From NCBI RefSeq assembly GCF_000315625.1, contig NW_005434654.1, forward strand, positions 190,273 to 254,272: 64,000 bases of DNA, in the 5' to 3' direction. The position numbers and the translations under genes are program-made. Source of the DNA: Guillardia theta CCMP2712 (Eukaryota > Protista > Cryptophyta). Of this stretch, positions 1 to 13,276 are shown one piece after another; the stretch's first letter is position 1; every line of letters starts with the position of its first letter. The notes below the pieces were generated by a model. The model saw nothing but the letters and a program-made list of their open reading frames with translations, searched no databases and was not told the DNA's origin.

Positions 1-1094
1 AGTGGGATGAATCGGGTCATGCAACGATGCTGCGCCCATCCCGTGGAGACTCGCAAGGGATGTAAAGCGTTTACACGTGGACTCCTGGGAGCAGAGACCG
101 TGGAGAACACAGGGAGCACAGCACGAGACCACCTCGCAAACGAGAGTCTGGACGTATGAGTCGCGGGAGTTCGTGGTCCTTTACAGGCATGGAGTGGTCT
201 TGTCAGTTCTTATGGACCCTCCACGCGGCAGGCAGTCCTGGCATCGCAAAGGAGGACACGGTGGTAAAGAGAGGACTTTGCACATCTATTGTCTAGTGCA
301 TGAAGATACAGTCTCAGTCTCCATGACTGATCGCAAGCCATGTGTCGGTGTCAGATCAAGGAGGCAACGAAGAGTATGTGCGTGTAGAGTCAGAGGGTCG
401 GGGTGTAGTCATGCTTCATGCAATACCAAGGGAATAAGACACAACTCGCCTCTCATGGTCACGGGTGGCACCCCTGGACTCAACTCATGTCAACCTCCCC
501 GCGTCTTCACAAGCTGAGCAAACAGGCAGCGTGCACCTGTGCCATCTTGTCGCATATGCCGAGGATCGGCCGCCCCGGAAACCGCTCTCGACTAGCTGCT
601 ACATCAGACAGAGGCTGGCGTCAGCCCATACCGTGCTGTCCTCCATTCAAGCTTGCACTCGCAGGTCAACGACCACTATTGTGATGTTGTCTTCGCGTCG
701 ATCAATGAGCTTCTGCAACTCTTCTGCCGGATCCTCTTCTTCCGTCAGGGTGTCGAGACGCCGTGCCACAGCTTCGTTTGTCACGGTTGCCCATAATCCA
801 TCGCTGGCAATCACCAGAAACTTGTGCTGCTTCGTGAGCAAGAGCTCCTTTATCTCAGGGTCTGGTATGATGCAATCATCTATGGGAATCCAAGTGTCTG
901 TACCGAAATGGCGGTATTGCTTGAGACTTTTGTCGCCTATACATCGAGACATTGCAAGCGATCTGATTCGGTTGATGGACCTTCCGTTGATTTCATAGCT
1001 TTCAATCTCCTCATCGTTGGCTTCGATGCGCTTCCGTTCCTCGGGCACAGTCGGGTCGCAGATGATCGCCCGGCAGTCTCCAGCATTCGCCACG
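1..1094 (-). repeat. Inverted segmental duplicate of the PP2C 3' half, its downstream flank and a DUF202 5' fragment (partners at ~23027-24070 and ~25403-26236)
   Basis: Reverse complement aligns by eye nearly base-for-base with 23027-24070. Positions 1-146 also match 1527-1672 (start of the DUF202 gene) on the same strand. Extends beyond the window start. Confidence 0.9.
647..1093 (-). pseudogene. 5'-truncated PP2C (PPM-family) phosphatase copy
   Basis: Retains ANAGDCRA, LAMSRCIGD, IASDGLW and EDNITIVVV, but lacks the N-terminal RxxMED/DGH motifs (sequence breaks into a GC island at ~1095). Has a 36-nt in-frame deletion (GEGEPMPMSTDH). Confidence 0.85.
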
Positions 1095-1532
1095 ACGAGG
1101 CCCGGGCCGGGCCCGGGGGCCGGGCGCCGGCCGGGCTCAGTGCTTTTAAATCTTTCCTGCCTAGTGCCAGTTTGTCCTTGACTAAAAAAGCGTGAAAACC
1201 TGGGGTGAAGAATTCCTTTGTCGAGATGATGATGGGAAGAAGAAGATAGGAATCTGAAGCAAATTAGTAAGTCTTCACAAGGAAAAAAGCAGTGTGGACG
1301 TGACTGAAGCTATTCCATCCGTAGTTTATCCGATGATGAGTCTCAGTGAAGAAAGCTAACACGAATGATCTGAGCTGTTTGCCAAACGTCGCTTCTTTTT
1401 TATGATATCGTCCTCAAGCCCCCATGAAAGAAACGAGAGATAGCGCATTGGACATGCTCGTGCGGAAGCGGGGCATGACGTACTAGCAACGCGCTGACCA
1501 AATCTTCTTTACGTGTCTTGCAGCACAGTGGG

Positions 1533-2203
1533 ATGAATCGGGTCATGCAACGATGCTGCGCCCATCCCGTGGGGACTCGCAAGGGATGTAAAGCGTTTAC
1601 ACGTGGACTCCTGGGAGCAGAGACCGTGGAGAACACAGGGAGCACAGCACGAGACCACCTCGCAAACGAGAGGACTTTCTTGTCTTGGTGCAATACAGGT
1701 ATGACTTTCTTCGGGGCTGGTGTTGCTTTGTTCAGCTCCTTTGAGCTGTTCGACGAGAACTCGACGACGCGCACAGGAGTGATAGGGAGTAGCAGTGGAG
1801 GAATGACCCTGCGCAGCCGACTGTCAGGATCACTCAATCCTCTCTGTCCTCGGGACACTAATCACAAGCCTGCGGGAGGATGGAAAGTAGTCGAGGTAGG
1901 ACTGACACGCTGACGCACATCTTCTCCTCAGCTGCGACCTTGAAGTTTTCACTAACAGGCCGCTTCATTGCTCGTATTGAATGGGGCAATTTTTGTCTCC
2001 TATGCTACATTCCAATATTTTCGTGTGCAAAGGGCGTTGAAGGCAGGCATGTTTCCTCAAAATAAGGTAAAATATTTTCCACTTATCATTGAAACAACTG
2101 ATTGTTTCTTCCACAGTATGGAGTTCTTGCCGTTGTTGGCAGTACAGGGAGCATCTCGGTGCTGGCCTTATACCTCCTTGCGCACGACAGAAAGTTACCG
2201 TGA
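1533..2203 (+). CDS. DUF202/YidH/Vtc1-like small membrane protein (predicted exons 1533-1895, 1959-2066, 2117-2203)
   Basis: Signature ENTGSTARDHLANERTFLSW followed by three hydrophobic segments. GT-AG introns keep the frame to TGA at 2201-2203. Confidence 0.85.
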
Positions 2204-3689
2204 GACCCTGCTTCTATATGCTGTATGCGATGTGATGTACAACAAAGGGCACAGTTGGAAAGACAGCTCCAACATGAGCGGCAAAGACGGCTGCAGAGAG
2301 ATGCCTAGTCATTTTCACGTCCCGGCTGGCAAGGCTTTGTTTGAGGAGTCGAACTACGCCGGTAGTCAGTGACTAGGCTCAGTTCCGAAGTTCGAGTCGG
2401 AGTACGACTCGGTCGGAATGTAGCATAGGTACCACGAAGCCAAAATTTCTGAGCTCTATCTCGTTGCTTGACATAGAACTATTACAACTTAGGATATCGT
2501 TCACAGTCACATGACAATGAATCATGTTTTTTGCAAGCCTTAAATTATTGATTTACAGCCAAAATGTAAGCCATCGGTTTCGTTATCATTCGCATTTCGA
2601 ATGACCACCTGATGTCATCTAGTCGCATTGCTTCTTTCTTTCGCATGTTCTCGACATATGTTGTCTATGCAAACTGCCCAATCCTATCACTTGAGCTCTC
2701 TGGCCCTTCTCCCTGATTGAGCCACGACACGAAATCCTTGAGATATTTCTTGAATATTTCATTTCGGCCTTGAAACATGGAAGATTCTCACCGACTATCT
2801 AAGAAGGAATTCAGTTCCATTACACTTTTCCGGATGAATTGGTCAAAGCACTTCGTCAGTGAGATAAACTATATCTGCAAACCGTTTGCTTCATGCTCTG
2901 TTAAAATCTGCTCCTTGCAGTTTCTCTAAAGAGGTATCCCTTTGGCATGTTTTGCCAGAGTGATACAGATTCCATGCACTTTTGAAACAATTCGCCACTC
3001 CAGAAATTCGATTCGCTTTCAGATCCGCTTGATCAGCCTGAGTGTGACGAACGCCAGCTCGATCGCCATTGACACACTGTACAGTGCTCCGACTCAGTAC
3101 GCCAGCGTTCAGGTCTCAGAGGTTAGGTTCCTGTTCCTGTTCCTGGTGTTCTATCGCATGTTGCCCTATCTCCAGAATCTTCAACAGGATCTGAATCGTA
3201 TTCACGAATCTACAGATGAAATCCCAACTAAATGTAAGAAATGTCCTGCCCACGATCCTATCTTCTTACTGTAATTCTCTTCCGTTGACGGATGTGGCCA
3301 TCCTTTCCTGAGCTAAGGTCATTTTCGTGACAACCAGTGTAAGAAGACATTTGCTGGTGCGAGCATTTCCTCATGTACAGAGAAACCAAACCTCGTCTTT
3401 TCAGCAACTCTTTGATCTTCTCAGGGGTTGGACCACGATGTTGTGGCTCTGTTTCTTATAACCTCTTGAACTCCGAAGCTGCTGACAAGCAACATGCTCT
3501 CTTCTCACACAGCCAAGTAATCAGTTGGCTCACAGAACTCCAATATTGATGTCTTCGGGTTGACCGCAAGCATCCTCTTCATTATCATCGTAATCACCAC
3601 CACCACCACATCATCATCATCCACCCTATTGTGCCATGTCATCCCTGCAGGACAAATCCTGAGGGCTCGTGAAAAATACATTTCACGCA

Positions 3690-4560
3690 TGACAGAGGGG
3701 TAGGGGTGGTTATAAGGCCACACAACCCACCATGGCATAAGACGGCAGAGCGGGGCCGTTTAAAAATAGCTAGTTAAAGAATTAGGTATTTCTGGGTGGG
3801 AGGGGGTAGTGGGTCATAGAGATGTGTATGGGCTCATAGAGCCTTTCAGGCATAGGACAGGTTCGTAGCAACTTAAGTTACCAAAATTTGATTATCAGTG
3901 ATACAACCCACCAATTCCCCGACAAAACCACCGGTGCAAGGTATGGTAATATAAGCAGCAGTTTACAGGGTCTGATCTCGCGGTATCCGTGTAGTGGATG
4001 GGGGGCGAAAGGTTGATATTTTACATCGTTTGGAACTGTTTTAGAATTCTAGAACCTCCAGGTTGCGTCCCCTCAGTGTGGGTTCATCAGATCACCCCAC
4101 CCTCTGCGAAATAAAGCAAATCACCAGGACCCTACATCTTGTCTATTCGATTACCCAGTACTTTGAAGATCAATATGTACCCCTACCCCCTAAACTTCAA
4201 AAATGAGTTCTATTGAAAGTGGGTCCACTTAAAAAACAGGCAGGGATGGTGGTAGGGGGTGGGGTCTTGTGACCGACTATTCAGGGTGGGGTGAGTTGCA
4301 GCCCTAGGGCGTAGGGGTGTGTGAGGAGGTATAGAGAGGTCAAGGAGATATCCCTGGCCTCCAGGGATATGCTGTGTAGTGTTCTGACGAGGTAGGTAGG
4401 GGTAGGGAGTTTGGGGGTGGTAGATCGGGCCCTCAGGGGGACTGTGAAGCCGCGGTGTGGCATGGGAGTGAGGGTTATGGAGGACAACATGGTAGGAGAG
4501 AGGGGTGGAGGAGATAGCGAAAATGATGCGTGATTGGCTCCCCTCAAATTCCGAAAGAAA
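3690..4560. promoter_or_regulatory. GGGTA/TACCC-rich intergenic island
   Basis: Dense ggggta/gggtagg/tacccc words and gtttacag (3961). Same composition as 20500-21190, 46980-47260 and 52080-53470. Confidence 0.45.
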
Positions 4561-5208
4561 ACCGAGATGAGGAACGGATTTGTGCTTCATTCAACCTGAC
4601 CTTTGGGGAATGGGCCGTTGATGCCTACGCTCGTGCGAGCTGCAGTGTAGCAGATTCAGAAGAACCATCATTGAATCTGCAGGTTGCATAGGAACTGTAC
4701 ACCTGGATCTTCTCGTCCCTTGTGAGTTTGGAAGGAAAATCAAAGGAGATTGCACTTATATTTTGGATGGCTTTTCTAGTCCCGAAGTTTGGGTGCTGTT
4801 TTGTTGTCTATCAATGACCCAGAATGATGAAACAATGGTTCAATTTCCATATTCAGCTACACAGATTTGTTTTGTTCAAAGCTGATTGATGATAGAGTAT
4901 TAAAGTGTGCAGGAAGCGTTGAAGGGATCTTGGGTCGAATTCTGGAGATTTATTCGATTCAGGAACGACACTCCATTTTGAAATTCTGAGTAGGGTTGAG
5001 ATATTGAAACAGAAAAAGGGTGTCAGGGGAGATAATTTCTCTTGAGTTGAATGTGCAATTCTTTGAAAGCTACCATGTAAATTACTCCCTCGATGAGGTT
5101 GGACATTTCTGAAAGAAAATAGCGTGCAAGTGTTCCACGTAGTTAACCGTTTCGTGATCAATTTTCCTGCGACCTGCCCAAGTTTTTATTCTGGGCTGAG
5201 AAAGCTAG

Positions 5209-6618
5209 ATGGCAATGCGATTCGGAAATCTCGATGCACGTTCAGTTGTTGTTGCCCGTGCATTTTTTCATGCAGCCACCAAATTGTCAGATGATGATGA
5301 GGATATTTTGCCGCAAGAAGATGGTGCAGATCAAAAGCTTTCGGTTTATTATCTTTTTTCAGAGCTCTTTCCTGAGCATGTAGTTTCCAAGGATTGTACT
5401 GGCCTAACAGCAAAAACTGGACTCACTCGCTTACAATTCAACAAACTTGGGTACGAGATATACGTGAAAGAGCAAAGCAGGAGAGTTCCTGCTCCCAGGG
5501 CAAAACCTGGAAATCCTGGATATGGCTTTCGAAGAGCGAGATGGAGAAATGCACACGATGGAGGTGAGGATCAAGGCACGATGCAAGAAACTTTGTTAGC
5601 CATCGGGTTATCGAAAGCTAGATGCGATTACGTCCGTATGCGTGTAGACCAATTTCGAATAGCTTGGGATCAAGCTCGACGCCCCAGCAGGCCTGCAGGT
5701 CCCGGAAGGCCACGTGGTAACTCTCGAGGAGGAAGGGAGTCTGTTGATGATCCCCCATACTCGAATGGGGGATTCCAACCTTCTTTAGCTGCGCACTCTC
5801 TCGGCGGAAGGCAGATGATTGATGCTGCCGCTTGGCAGTATTCAGCAAGCTTGGCAGCATTGCGTGCTTCCATTCAACCCCAGCCATCAAGCATGGCTGG
5901 TAATGCAAGCAATGTACCTATGCTTTCGACTGCAAGCATTGGAAGCGGTTTAAACTCATTGGCTTCTGTTTTGTCGTCATCTTCCATTCCTGCTCCAAAC
6001 AGTGCGGCCTCTTTCAGCTGGAATTCAGTTGTCAATTTGCAGCCGAATTTGTGGAATGTCTATAATGGACAACCTTTGTCTTTAACATCCATGGAGAGCC
6101 GTGGCCCTCTGCGACCAATACCACTGAGGGAAATGATCAGGCCATTAAATTCGTCATTCAATGGTGACAATGAGTCATCAGCAAGTGGTGGCGCTACTAT
6201 GAAGCCGTCAGACTTGATTCTTCCTGCGCCTATCAACAAAGTAAAGGTTCCGCATTCTTCTTTAGACCTAGGGGAAGCGAATCCACGGAAGCGCAAGTAT
6301 GATAAGTTGGATCCTGTTGATACTTCTACTAAGTTTCCCGGAACAACAGTAACTCCTCCCGTCAATTTTAAGAGCAAGGTGAAGGAATGGCATCTTATTC
6401 CAGCAGACAGCAATCAGAACGCTGCCTCCGGTCAGGATTTGGATCAAAACAAGAAGTTGAGATGTTCTCAAACAATGCCAAACTTGCAAGACTCTCCATG
6501 TTCATGCTCAAATCCTTCACCGCCAAACGTGCAACCTCTTGTTCTGAACTCAGACACATGCGAACAAGCAGGAGCCAGCAGCAGTAATAAAGCTTCGCTC
6601 ACCAATCTCATCGAATGA
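5209..6618 (+). CDS. Hypothetical 469-aa protein: folded basic N-terminal domain plus long low-complexity tail; possible transcription factor
   Basis: Long open ORF with a basic/aromatic motif (RLQFNKLGYEIYVK..RRVPAPRAKPGNPGYGFRRARWR), NLS-like PRKRKY and an S/P/N-rich disordered C-terminus. Confidence 0.7.
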   Translation: MAMRFGNLDARSVVVARAFFHAATKLSDDDEDILPQEDGADQKLSVYYLFSELFPEHVVSKDCTGLTAKTGLTRLQFNKLGYEIYVKEQSRRVPAPRAKPGNPGYGFRRARWRNAHDGGEDQGTMQETLLAIGLSKARCDYVRMRVDQFRIAWDQARRPSRPAGPGRPRGNSRGGRESVDDPPYSNGGFQPSLAAHSLGGRQMIDAAAWQYSASLAALRASIQPQPSSMAGNASNVPMLSTASIGSGLNSLASVLSSSSIPAPNSAASFSWNSVVNLQPNLWNVYNGQPLSLTSMESRGPLRPIPLREMIRPLNSSFNGDNESSASGGATMKPSDLILPAPINKVKVPHSSLDLGEANPRKRKYDKLDPVDTSTKFPGTTVTPPVNFKSKVKEWHLIPADSNQNAASGQDLDQNKKLRCSQTMPNLQDSPCSCSNPSPPNVQPLVLNSDTCEQAGASSSNKASLTNLIE

Positions 6619-7181
6619 TGCGATGTGAGCCTGCAGCTATCACGGCTTTCTGCAATTTTTAAATTCAAAATCGATCGAATTCAGAGAAATGGATTCTCCT
6701 TCAGTGCCACAGTGTGGAAGCACAAAGGGCTCAATATTATTAATCGGATAGATCTCATGACCTCCTGAAGGAGGCGGTCGCTAATGACGAGGAATAAGCT
6801 GATACTTCCCCCGCGACTTGGAGATCTTGACTTGTATGCAAAATCTTGATAAATGGACTGAAGTACCCAGGCGGTCGCTTGCTTCCAGCGTTGTCGCGAC
6901 TAACTAACGTGGTTAGTGGTTGCTCTTGTCAGCGTAAGAAGGCGACCTGACGCCTGTTGTGTCTGGTTGAATAGTTTTAATTGTGAAGTTGTCTCGCAGC
7001 AGTTCGCTTGCAATCTTTGATTTTCGGTTGTTGCTGAATCCGCTGTTGGAGGCCGTTTTTAATTCTAATATATCAGTTACTCTACAAAGATGTGAATAGC
7101 TTACATCCTAGTTGTCTGCTGCAGCTGCTGCTACATTATACATTTACATCTTACCTCACATCGCTCATAGACCATGACTCA

Positions 7182-10100
7182 TTATTCCAAGTTCTGGATT
7201 GCCAGGAGCTTTTCCTTCTTCTTCATCGTTCGCTCCTGCTCTCTTCTCAGGGACAAGATGCACTTGTCAAGGTCGAACGCCTTACCAGATTAGCTATGGC
7301 AGCAAGTAGTCTATACCTCTCCTCCTCCACGTAACGTTGAAACTTCTGTCTGAAGTCGCGCTGGCTGGTTCTTAGCTCAGACCAGCACAGCACGAGCATA
7401 CCTGAATGGAGAGTACGATGAGAGCCAGCAGCATGACAAACCAGGGGAACACAGGAGCTCCAACCACGTTGACAACCTGCACAGTCACCATCAGTTGAGT
7501 CACAACTTGCAAGGATCGTATAGATTTCAGCAGGCAAAGGGATAGTGCGAAGCTGAAGACTTCAGGGAGTGACAAGCGGACGAGGTGTGAAGGAGCGTCG
7601 GCAACTTACATTCTTGAAGTAAGCTCCGATGATTGCGGAGGGAGTCTGAGGTTGCCATTCATCGTTAAAACGACCAGGGAAAAGTCACCTGCCAAGCGAA
7701 CAGGGCGAAGTTGCTCATAGAGAAATCCCTGCCCTCACAAGGATTGTTCGTTTCGTAGATATTGCAGGCTACCGTTCTAGACATGACACATCAGTAGATG
7801 ACGATTTAGTCTGCGATCTCTCTCTACAACTCACGTTTCGTCCCCTGTCGTCGCGTCATAATTGCACGGAAGATTGTGTGTGATGTTGTAATAAAGGAGA
7901 GGGAGTTTGCAGATGGGCGCTTGAAGAAGCTCTAAGCGACACAAAGTCACACGAACTTCCCCAGCAGGGAGGCTGGTCAACCTGTAGACCCATAGACCCA
8001 GATGTAGTAGTACACGACAGTCGCCAATTCCAGAGCGAAGAACTTTGGCAGCTTCAGGAAATCTAGAAAGAGGGAAAGGAGAGGGCAAAAGGAATGGACA
8101 TGAAACATAGGAGAGAGGCAGCGTCTTTCTGCATGATGGAGAGAGAAAGTGATAGGACGAAGAGCAACTGCAAAGAGGTGGCGATAAATAACCTGGCAGA
8201 GGACGTCGGTGACGCGAAGGAGGACAGGGTTGTAAGCTCCCTTTGTAGAGGCGATCCAGAAGTTGAGAATGACTTTCTGATGCAGGAAGAATTGAATGAT
8301 ACCCTGCCCCACCTCGTGAGAGGAGAGGAGGAGAGGAGGAGAGGAGGAGAGGAGGAGAGGAGACGGTTGATGATCATGATGATGATGAAGGGGAGGTGAG
8401 CCGAAATCTTCACCGTGACAATGCGGAGAGCAGAGATAGCAGGCATGAAAGGCAAACACATGAGAAAGAGAGCCTGAGAGCTGACGATGTCCATCAGCCA
8501 GGAGCCCATCTCGAACTCTTGAAACGCTCGTGAGATACAAGTGTCGGCTGCCAGCAGCACAAGGCAAACCTGGTCGACCTGTCGCTCCTTGATCCTTCCT
8601 GAGAAGAATGACCATGAGAAGCAGGAGATGACAGTGAAATGGACAGTCAGGGAGGAGCTGAGTTACGAATACTCACTTCTCTGGCGGAGAGATTCTCCGA
8701 AAGACACCAACGATTAAAGGGATGAGGACCACCTGCCGTCTTGCCAGTCAGCAAACGATCGAGTCATGACCAAGGTGCGAGACCGCAAGGTTGGACATGA
8801 TCCAATCCATCGACCAGAACAGAAGGAAGTTGACACCGACCCCGTCCTAACGTTAACAGCGTCATATCAGGCAGAATGAGGTTGAAGGGGGGGGGGGGAG
8901 AAGGGAATCTGGAGGGAAAGGACCTCGCAGAAGCAGACGTCAGGCATGCGGTCGAGTCTGAGCACGCGCGAGGGGTCCATGATACTCTTGTACTGCTTGC
9001 GGAGGATGATGACGATGTTGACGAACCTGCCGTAGAGGGAGAGGAAGAGAAGTGCGACCGTCCGTTGACTCTTCTTGTAATGCCCGAAGCTCACGACCAT
9101 TCGGGTAGAGACGGGGACTATGAAATGGTTGTAAAAGCTTGAGAGCCCAGGAGGGATGAGCCGCTCCCAGCCGAAGGGATAGAGGAGCATTTCTTGCGGG
9201 AAGAAGAGCTCTATCATGACCCATACTCCCACGGTGATGCAAGAGATCAGCAGAAAGCCGCCGATGCGGTGCAGCATGAGAGTGCTCTTGTCCATGAACT
9301 CAGCCAGATTCCCATCTTCCGCAGTGATCTTCTCCTGCGGCACAAGATAAGCTACAGGGGGAGCACCAAAGTTGAGGAAGAGGAGGCAGCAGGTAGAGGT
9401 GGATTCGATTGAAGGTTTGTCGAGCAATAGGGAGTTTGAACAACACTCACCTCTTTTTGCTGTGCAAGGAACAAACGCAACGACGACTGGGTCTCCATCG
9501 CAAACGAGAATTGTTGAGCCTTCGTTAAGACTTTGAAGTTCAATCCGCTGAAGACCACGCTGGAGTATTTGTAGGGATGCTGATCTGACTGACTGACCTG
9601 TGTCTTGAAGTACTCCACCATGTCGCCATACAGCCTGTTCAAGATAGCAGCAGCGATAATAGCGTAGACGGCAGCGAAGAGAATGCAGAAGAGCAGTGAG
9701 AGATTGGTCCCGTGCAGCTCATGGGGAATGAAGGAGTAGAGGAAGTACTTGGGGATTATTACTGTTCCACTTCCACCTAAGGGCCAGATGGAGCTGAATG
9801 CTGTCCATGTGAGAATCTGTTAAAGGAAAATGTGAGAGAACAACCGAACGCAATGCCATGGCGGACAGGTGAGATCTGAAAGCTGCCAGAAGGACATGAA
9901 ACTTGTGAAGAGACCAAAACAATCGAATGACAATATCAAGCATCAATACTTCATAACAGAAGTATCATATCAAGCATCATCATTCCATTTCAAGTATCAA
10001 TATTTCATCTCATGCCTGGGGGATCGCAACCAACACCGTGAGATACGTGGACAAGTTCAGCCAACGGAGAGACTCGAAGTAGACGACTGTGCGAGGGGAC

Positions 10101-11095
10101 AGCCTTTTCAGCTGATTGATCGCGAATCTGTAGGGATCGAGGAAAGCAAAATAAATCATCACTGTCTCTTTCGCACGCTGAAATTCCAACTTAGCCCGCT
10201 TCCGCCAGGGAACCGCCGGTATCCACATCATATCCTGCTCGACTTCAAACTCTTCAACCTGCTGCAGCCCCAGGTCCAGCTGTTTTCTCCTCCTCATGGT
10301 TCTCTGACGGACTCTTTCCTCTTCCTTGGCCCTTGCACGTCTCACTTCCTCGGATAGCCCATCGGGGCCTGCTTCGTTCACCTCCCCCGTTGTTCCAACA
10401 TCCTTTGCTTGCTTTGCGAGCTCAGGGAACTTCTTGAGCATCTTCTTCTGTTTCTTGTCAAGTTCTTCGATGTCTCTTTGCCATGTTGAGATGTCTTGCT
10501 CTAATCGCTTGTTCTCAACCTTGAGCTTCGGCAAATTAATTTGCGCCTTGTTTAGCGTCTCACTGGCCGATTTCAACTTTTCGACAGCCTCTTTCTTCCT
10601 TTGTTCGTAATCGATGTCCTCCCAGAGTTCTTCTGTGGTGAATCGAACATTTCCTCCATCTTCTTCGTTATCATCGTCATGATAGTCGGCAGCCGTTGGT
10701 TGCACGAACGTAAGAGCTGCATTCTCCTCGATCTCGCGAAGAAACTCCAACTCTAATGAATCTAATCCATCAATGTCTTCTACGTCTCCTCCTACTCCTG
10801 CTATACTAGCCTTTGTCCCACCAAACTTCGCCTTGATAACTTTCTTTTGCTTCATGGCCTTTCCTGCCATGCTCGCTGCTTGCGCTTTCATCTCCAATGC
10901 TTCAAAGATATCGACTCCTTGCTCCTCCTTCTGAGAAGCCTGATAGCCTTGATCCCATACGGCAGAGAGAAATGTGGAGGAGACTTCTCCTTCTCCTTCT
11001 TCGTCGTCTCCCCCTCCTGATAAGACTGGACCACTCAAGTCAAGGATCCTCCTCCTCCTCCTCCCCGTCCTCGTTCCCGAGCTCTCCGATGCCAT
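7182..11095 (-). CDS. Transmembrane channel-like (TMC family) protein, multi-exon
   Basis: Acidic coiled-coil N-terminus, then AINQLKRLSPRTVVYFESLRWLNL (TMC pre-TM1 pattern) and EFEMGSWLMDIVSSQALFLMCLPFMPAISALR (TMC-domain EFDI..NVL.LIY.Q..P.LP pattern). Many hydrophobic exons; probable stop after KLLAIQNLE. Confidence 0.65.
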
Positions 11096-11144
11096 CTACT
11101 CCCGAAAACCGACCACAGTTTGACATCATCCCCCTCATTCTCAG

Positions 11145-11480
11145 TTACCGGGTCCGGGCTGGTCCGGGCAGTCCGGGGCAGCAGCCGGGGCAGGTCCGGG
11201 GCTGGTCCGGGGCCACCTGCGGGGCCACTGCCGGGGGCCACTCCGAGGGTGCGGCGGAGCAGGTCCGGGCCAGGGCCCCTTGAGGGTGTCCGGGCGTAGT
11301 CTGCGGGGGGCCGCAGGTGTACGGGCAGGTGAGTCTGATAGCAATACGGTGACCGCCCGGCCGTCGGACTCGGAGGCGCTGGCGATCCACAACACCGTAC
11401 TAGGCCGGCAGGGCCTGAGCCTCCGGCGGAGACTTTGCTGACCGTACTCGGAGGCTCTCGGAGCGGCGGTCACCCGCCAG
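11145..11480. other. GC-rich CCGG/GGCC intergenic island
   Basis: Very high GC, built from ccgg, ggcc, gtcac, tgactc and ccgtac words. Similar islands at 1098-1142, 21310-22260, 24350-24720, 38470-39000 and 47300-48380. Confidence 0.6.
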
Positions 11481-11715
11481 GAACATCATTGTCGGACGGA
11501 CTCCAGACATTTGCAAATCGACTTTTGTATCTCTAGTAAACATAAATTACTTGCTGCAGAACTGGAAACGAGGAAGTCGGCTGGTCGAAAGCGACTGGAG
11601 GGTGGCAGACCTCTTGCGAGAATGCTCCGTGCTTGAGCGCCTGTTTGCGAGAGAGCAATCAGAACGAAAGAGCACCGTTTTTCTACTTCGAGAGCATTCG
11701 CACCGGATTCGCCTG

Positions 11716-13276
11716 TCAAGACGATTGAAGTAAGAGTCGATGTCCTTGCGCGCTTGAGAGCCCGACATACTCCTTCAAAACTGAATCAGCTTGAAAGAAG
11801 ACGGTCAAAATGTTCAACCTCGTCTTCGCAGCACGACTGGCTAGCTGGTGAACGGGAAAGTAATCCTTCAACCTCAAGGGATCACAAGCTTCAGGCTGAG
11901 GTCCCAGGTAAGCCTTGCATATGTATTCCTTCAAACTGCTCTCGTAATCAGTGAACAAAGGAAAACAGATCCAGATCCGACCTGTACGCATCTTCTTTCA
12001 GCGGGGCACCATCCACTACCACCCAGGGAGCATACTCCAACTTGGGCTGAGAGGATTGATTAGCCTTGCAATTATAGAAAGTATTGTCTACCTTCAAATC
12101 TTGAGTCTCCTGGATAGCAGCTCTGAGCATAGAAGTGCCTTGATCGCTGTAATGGAGCGGTCAAACTCACAGCCTGAAAGTGATTCATGCTTGACCTGTC
12201 AGAGCATTGGTTGATGGCTTGCACGTCAATTTCGTGTTTTTTCATGCAGATTTCAGCATTGTTACGAATCATTTCCGTGGCTGTAATGTTGGACAAGAAA
12301 TTGAAAGGAGAGTCAATCACGGATGCGTGCTCTTCGATGCAGGACATCGTCGGCATAAAGAGAGCAGTATTTCCGTACTGTTCGAATCAACCCTCATCAG
12401 GGGAGGATGATGGAAGTTCATCTAGTCTACCTGCTTCTCCAGGCATGCAAGGATCTTGTTGCCTTCACATTCTGCCTCTCCATGCTGACATTCAATGGAT
12501 TCCTCTTGAGTGACTTCGTCGTCCTTGATCTCTGCGTTCCCAGCCGGAATGACCCTCAAGTCAATGATGTCCGCCATGCCAGGCTCTTGCAGCACTGCAA
12601 CATAGATCAGATTTGGAAACCTTGATATGGAGGTTCCAGAGACCTGGTGAGAGAACATGAGTTGTGAAAAACTGGCACCCTGGACAAGCAGCTTCCATGT
12701 ACAGTTCAACCTTCACTCTCTTGGCATCTTTTGCACTCATAGTTGGTTTGTTCAATGCCACATCAGCAGCCTGCACCAACAGTTTAAAACCAAACATGGC
12801 TGATGTTGAATAAGTACGTCGCTTATATGCTGCGCAATTTGTTCTCCTATGATTGGAATGCTGCGGATCATGTCCATAGACGAAGAATCTGATTCGATCC
12901 GAGTCAGCTCTTGGGTACATGACAATGACTCAAGCAGTGGAACCTTCGCTTGTGCTTTCCTTCTCTTCGTGAGGAGTCACGGGGGGAGAAGACTTCGTTA
13001 ATCCTCCTTCAGTGTTGGAGACAAGGACCGATCGGCTTTCGTAAACTGACGATCTTGAGTGAGAACGCACAGACTAACCAACGATAGGAGAATACCAAAC
13101 ATATAATGCTCAGACAATAGCAAAACCGCTACCGCGCATAGAAGGATCATCGACCCCACTTGCGGGCTCAGCCATGCGCTGCGAGCATATCTCGGATGCG
13201 AGCTGCCCACAGTAGTCAGCTCAAATTTGCTCAACAATGTTGTAAACCGTTGAGAAGAAGCCTGAGGAGACATCAT
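11716..13276 (-). CDS. Gamma-interferon-inducible lysosomal thiol reductase (GILT/IFI30-like), multi-exon
   Basis: Motifs VELYMEAACPGCQFF (CxxC), IECQHGEAECEGNKILAC, YAPWVVVDG and LKEYICKAY, with an N-terminal hydrophobic anchor. Both ends approximate. Confidence 0.85.

Noticed and set aside
1058-1062. 36-nt deletion in PP2C copy 1 as a spliced-out intron (retrocopy evidence)
   Set aside because: The missing segment starts with GTGAG but ends in CACG rather than AG and encodes the conserved DH motif; better explained as a microhomology deletion.
2500-3640. Possible minus-strand gene
   Set aside because: Coding-like patches and splice-like sites exist, but I could not build a stop-free model or recognise a domain.
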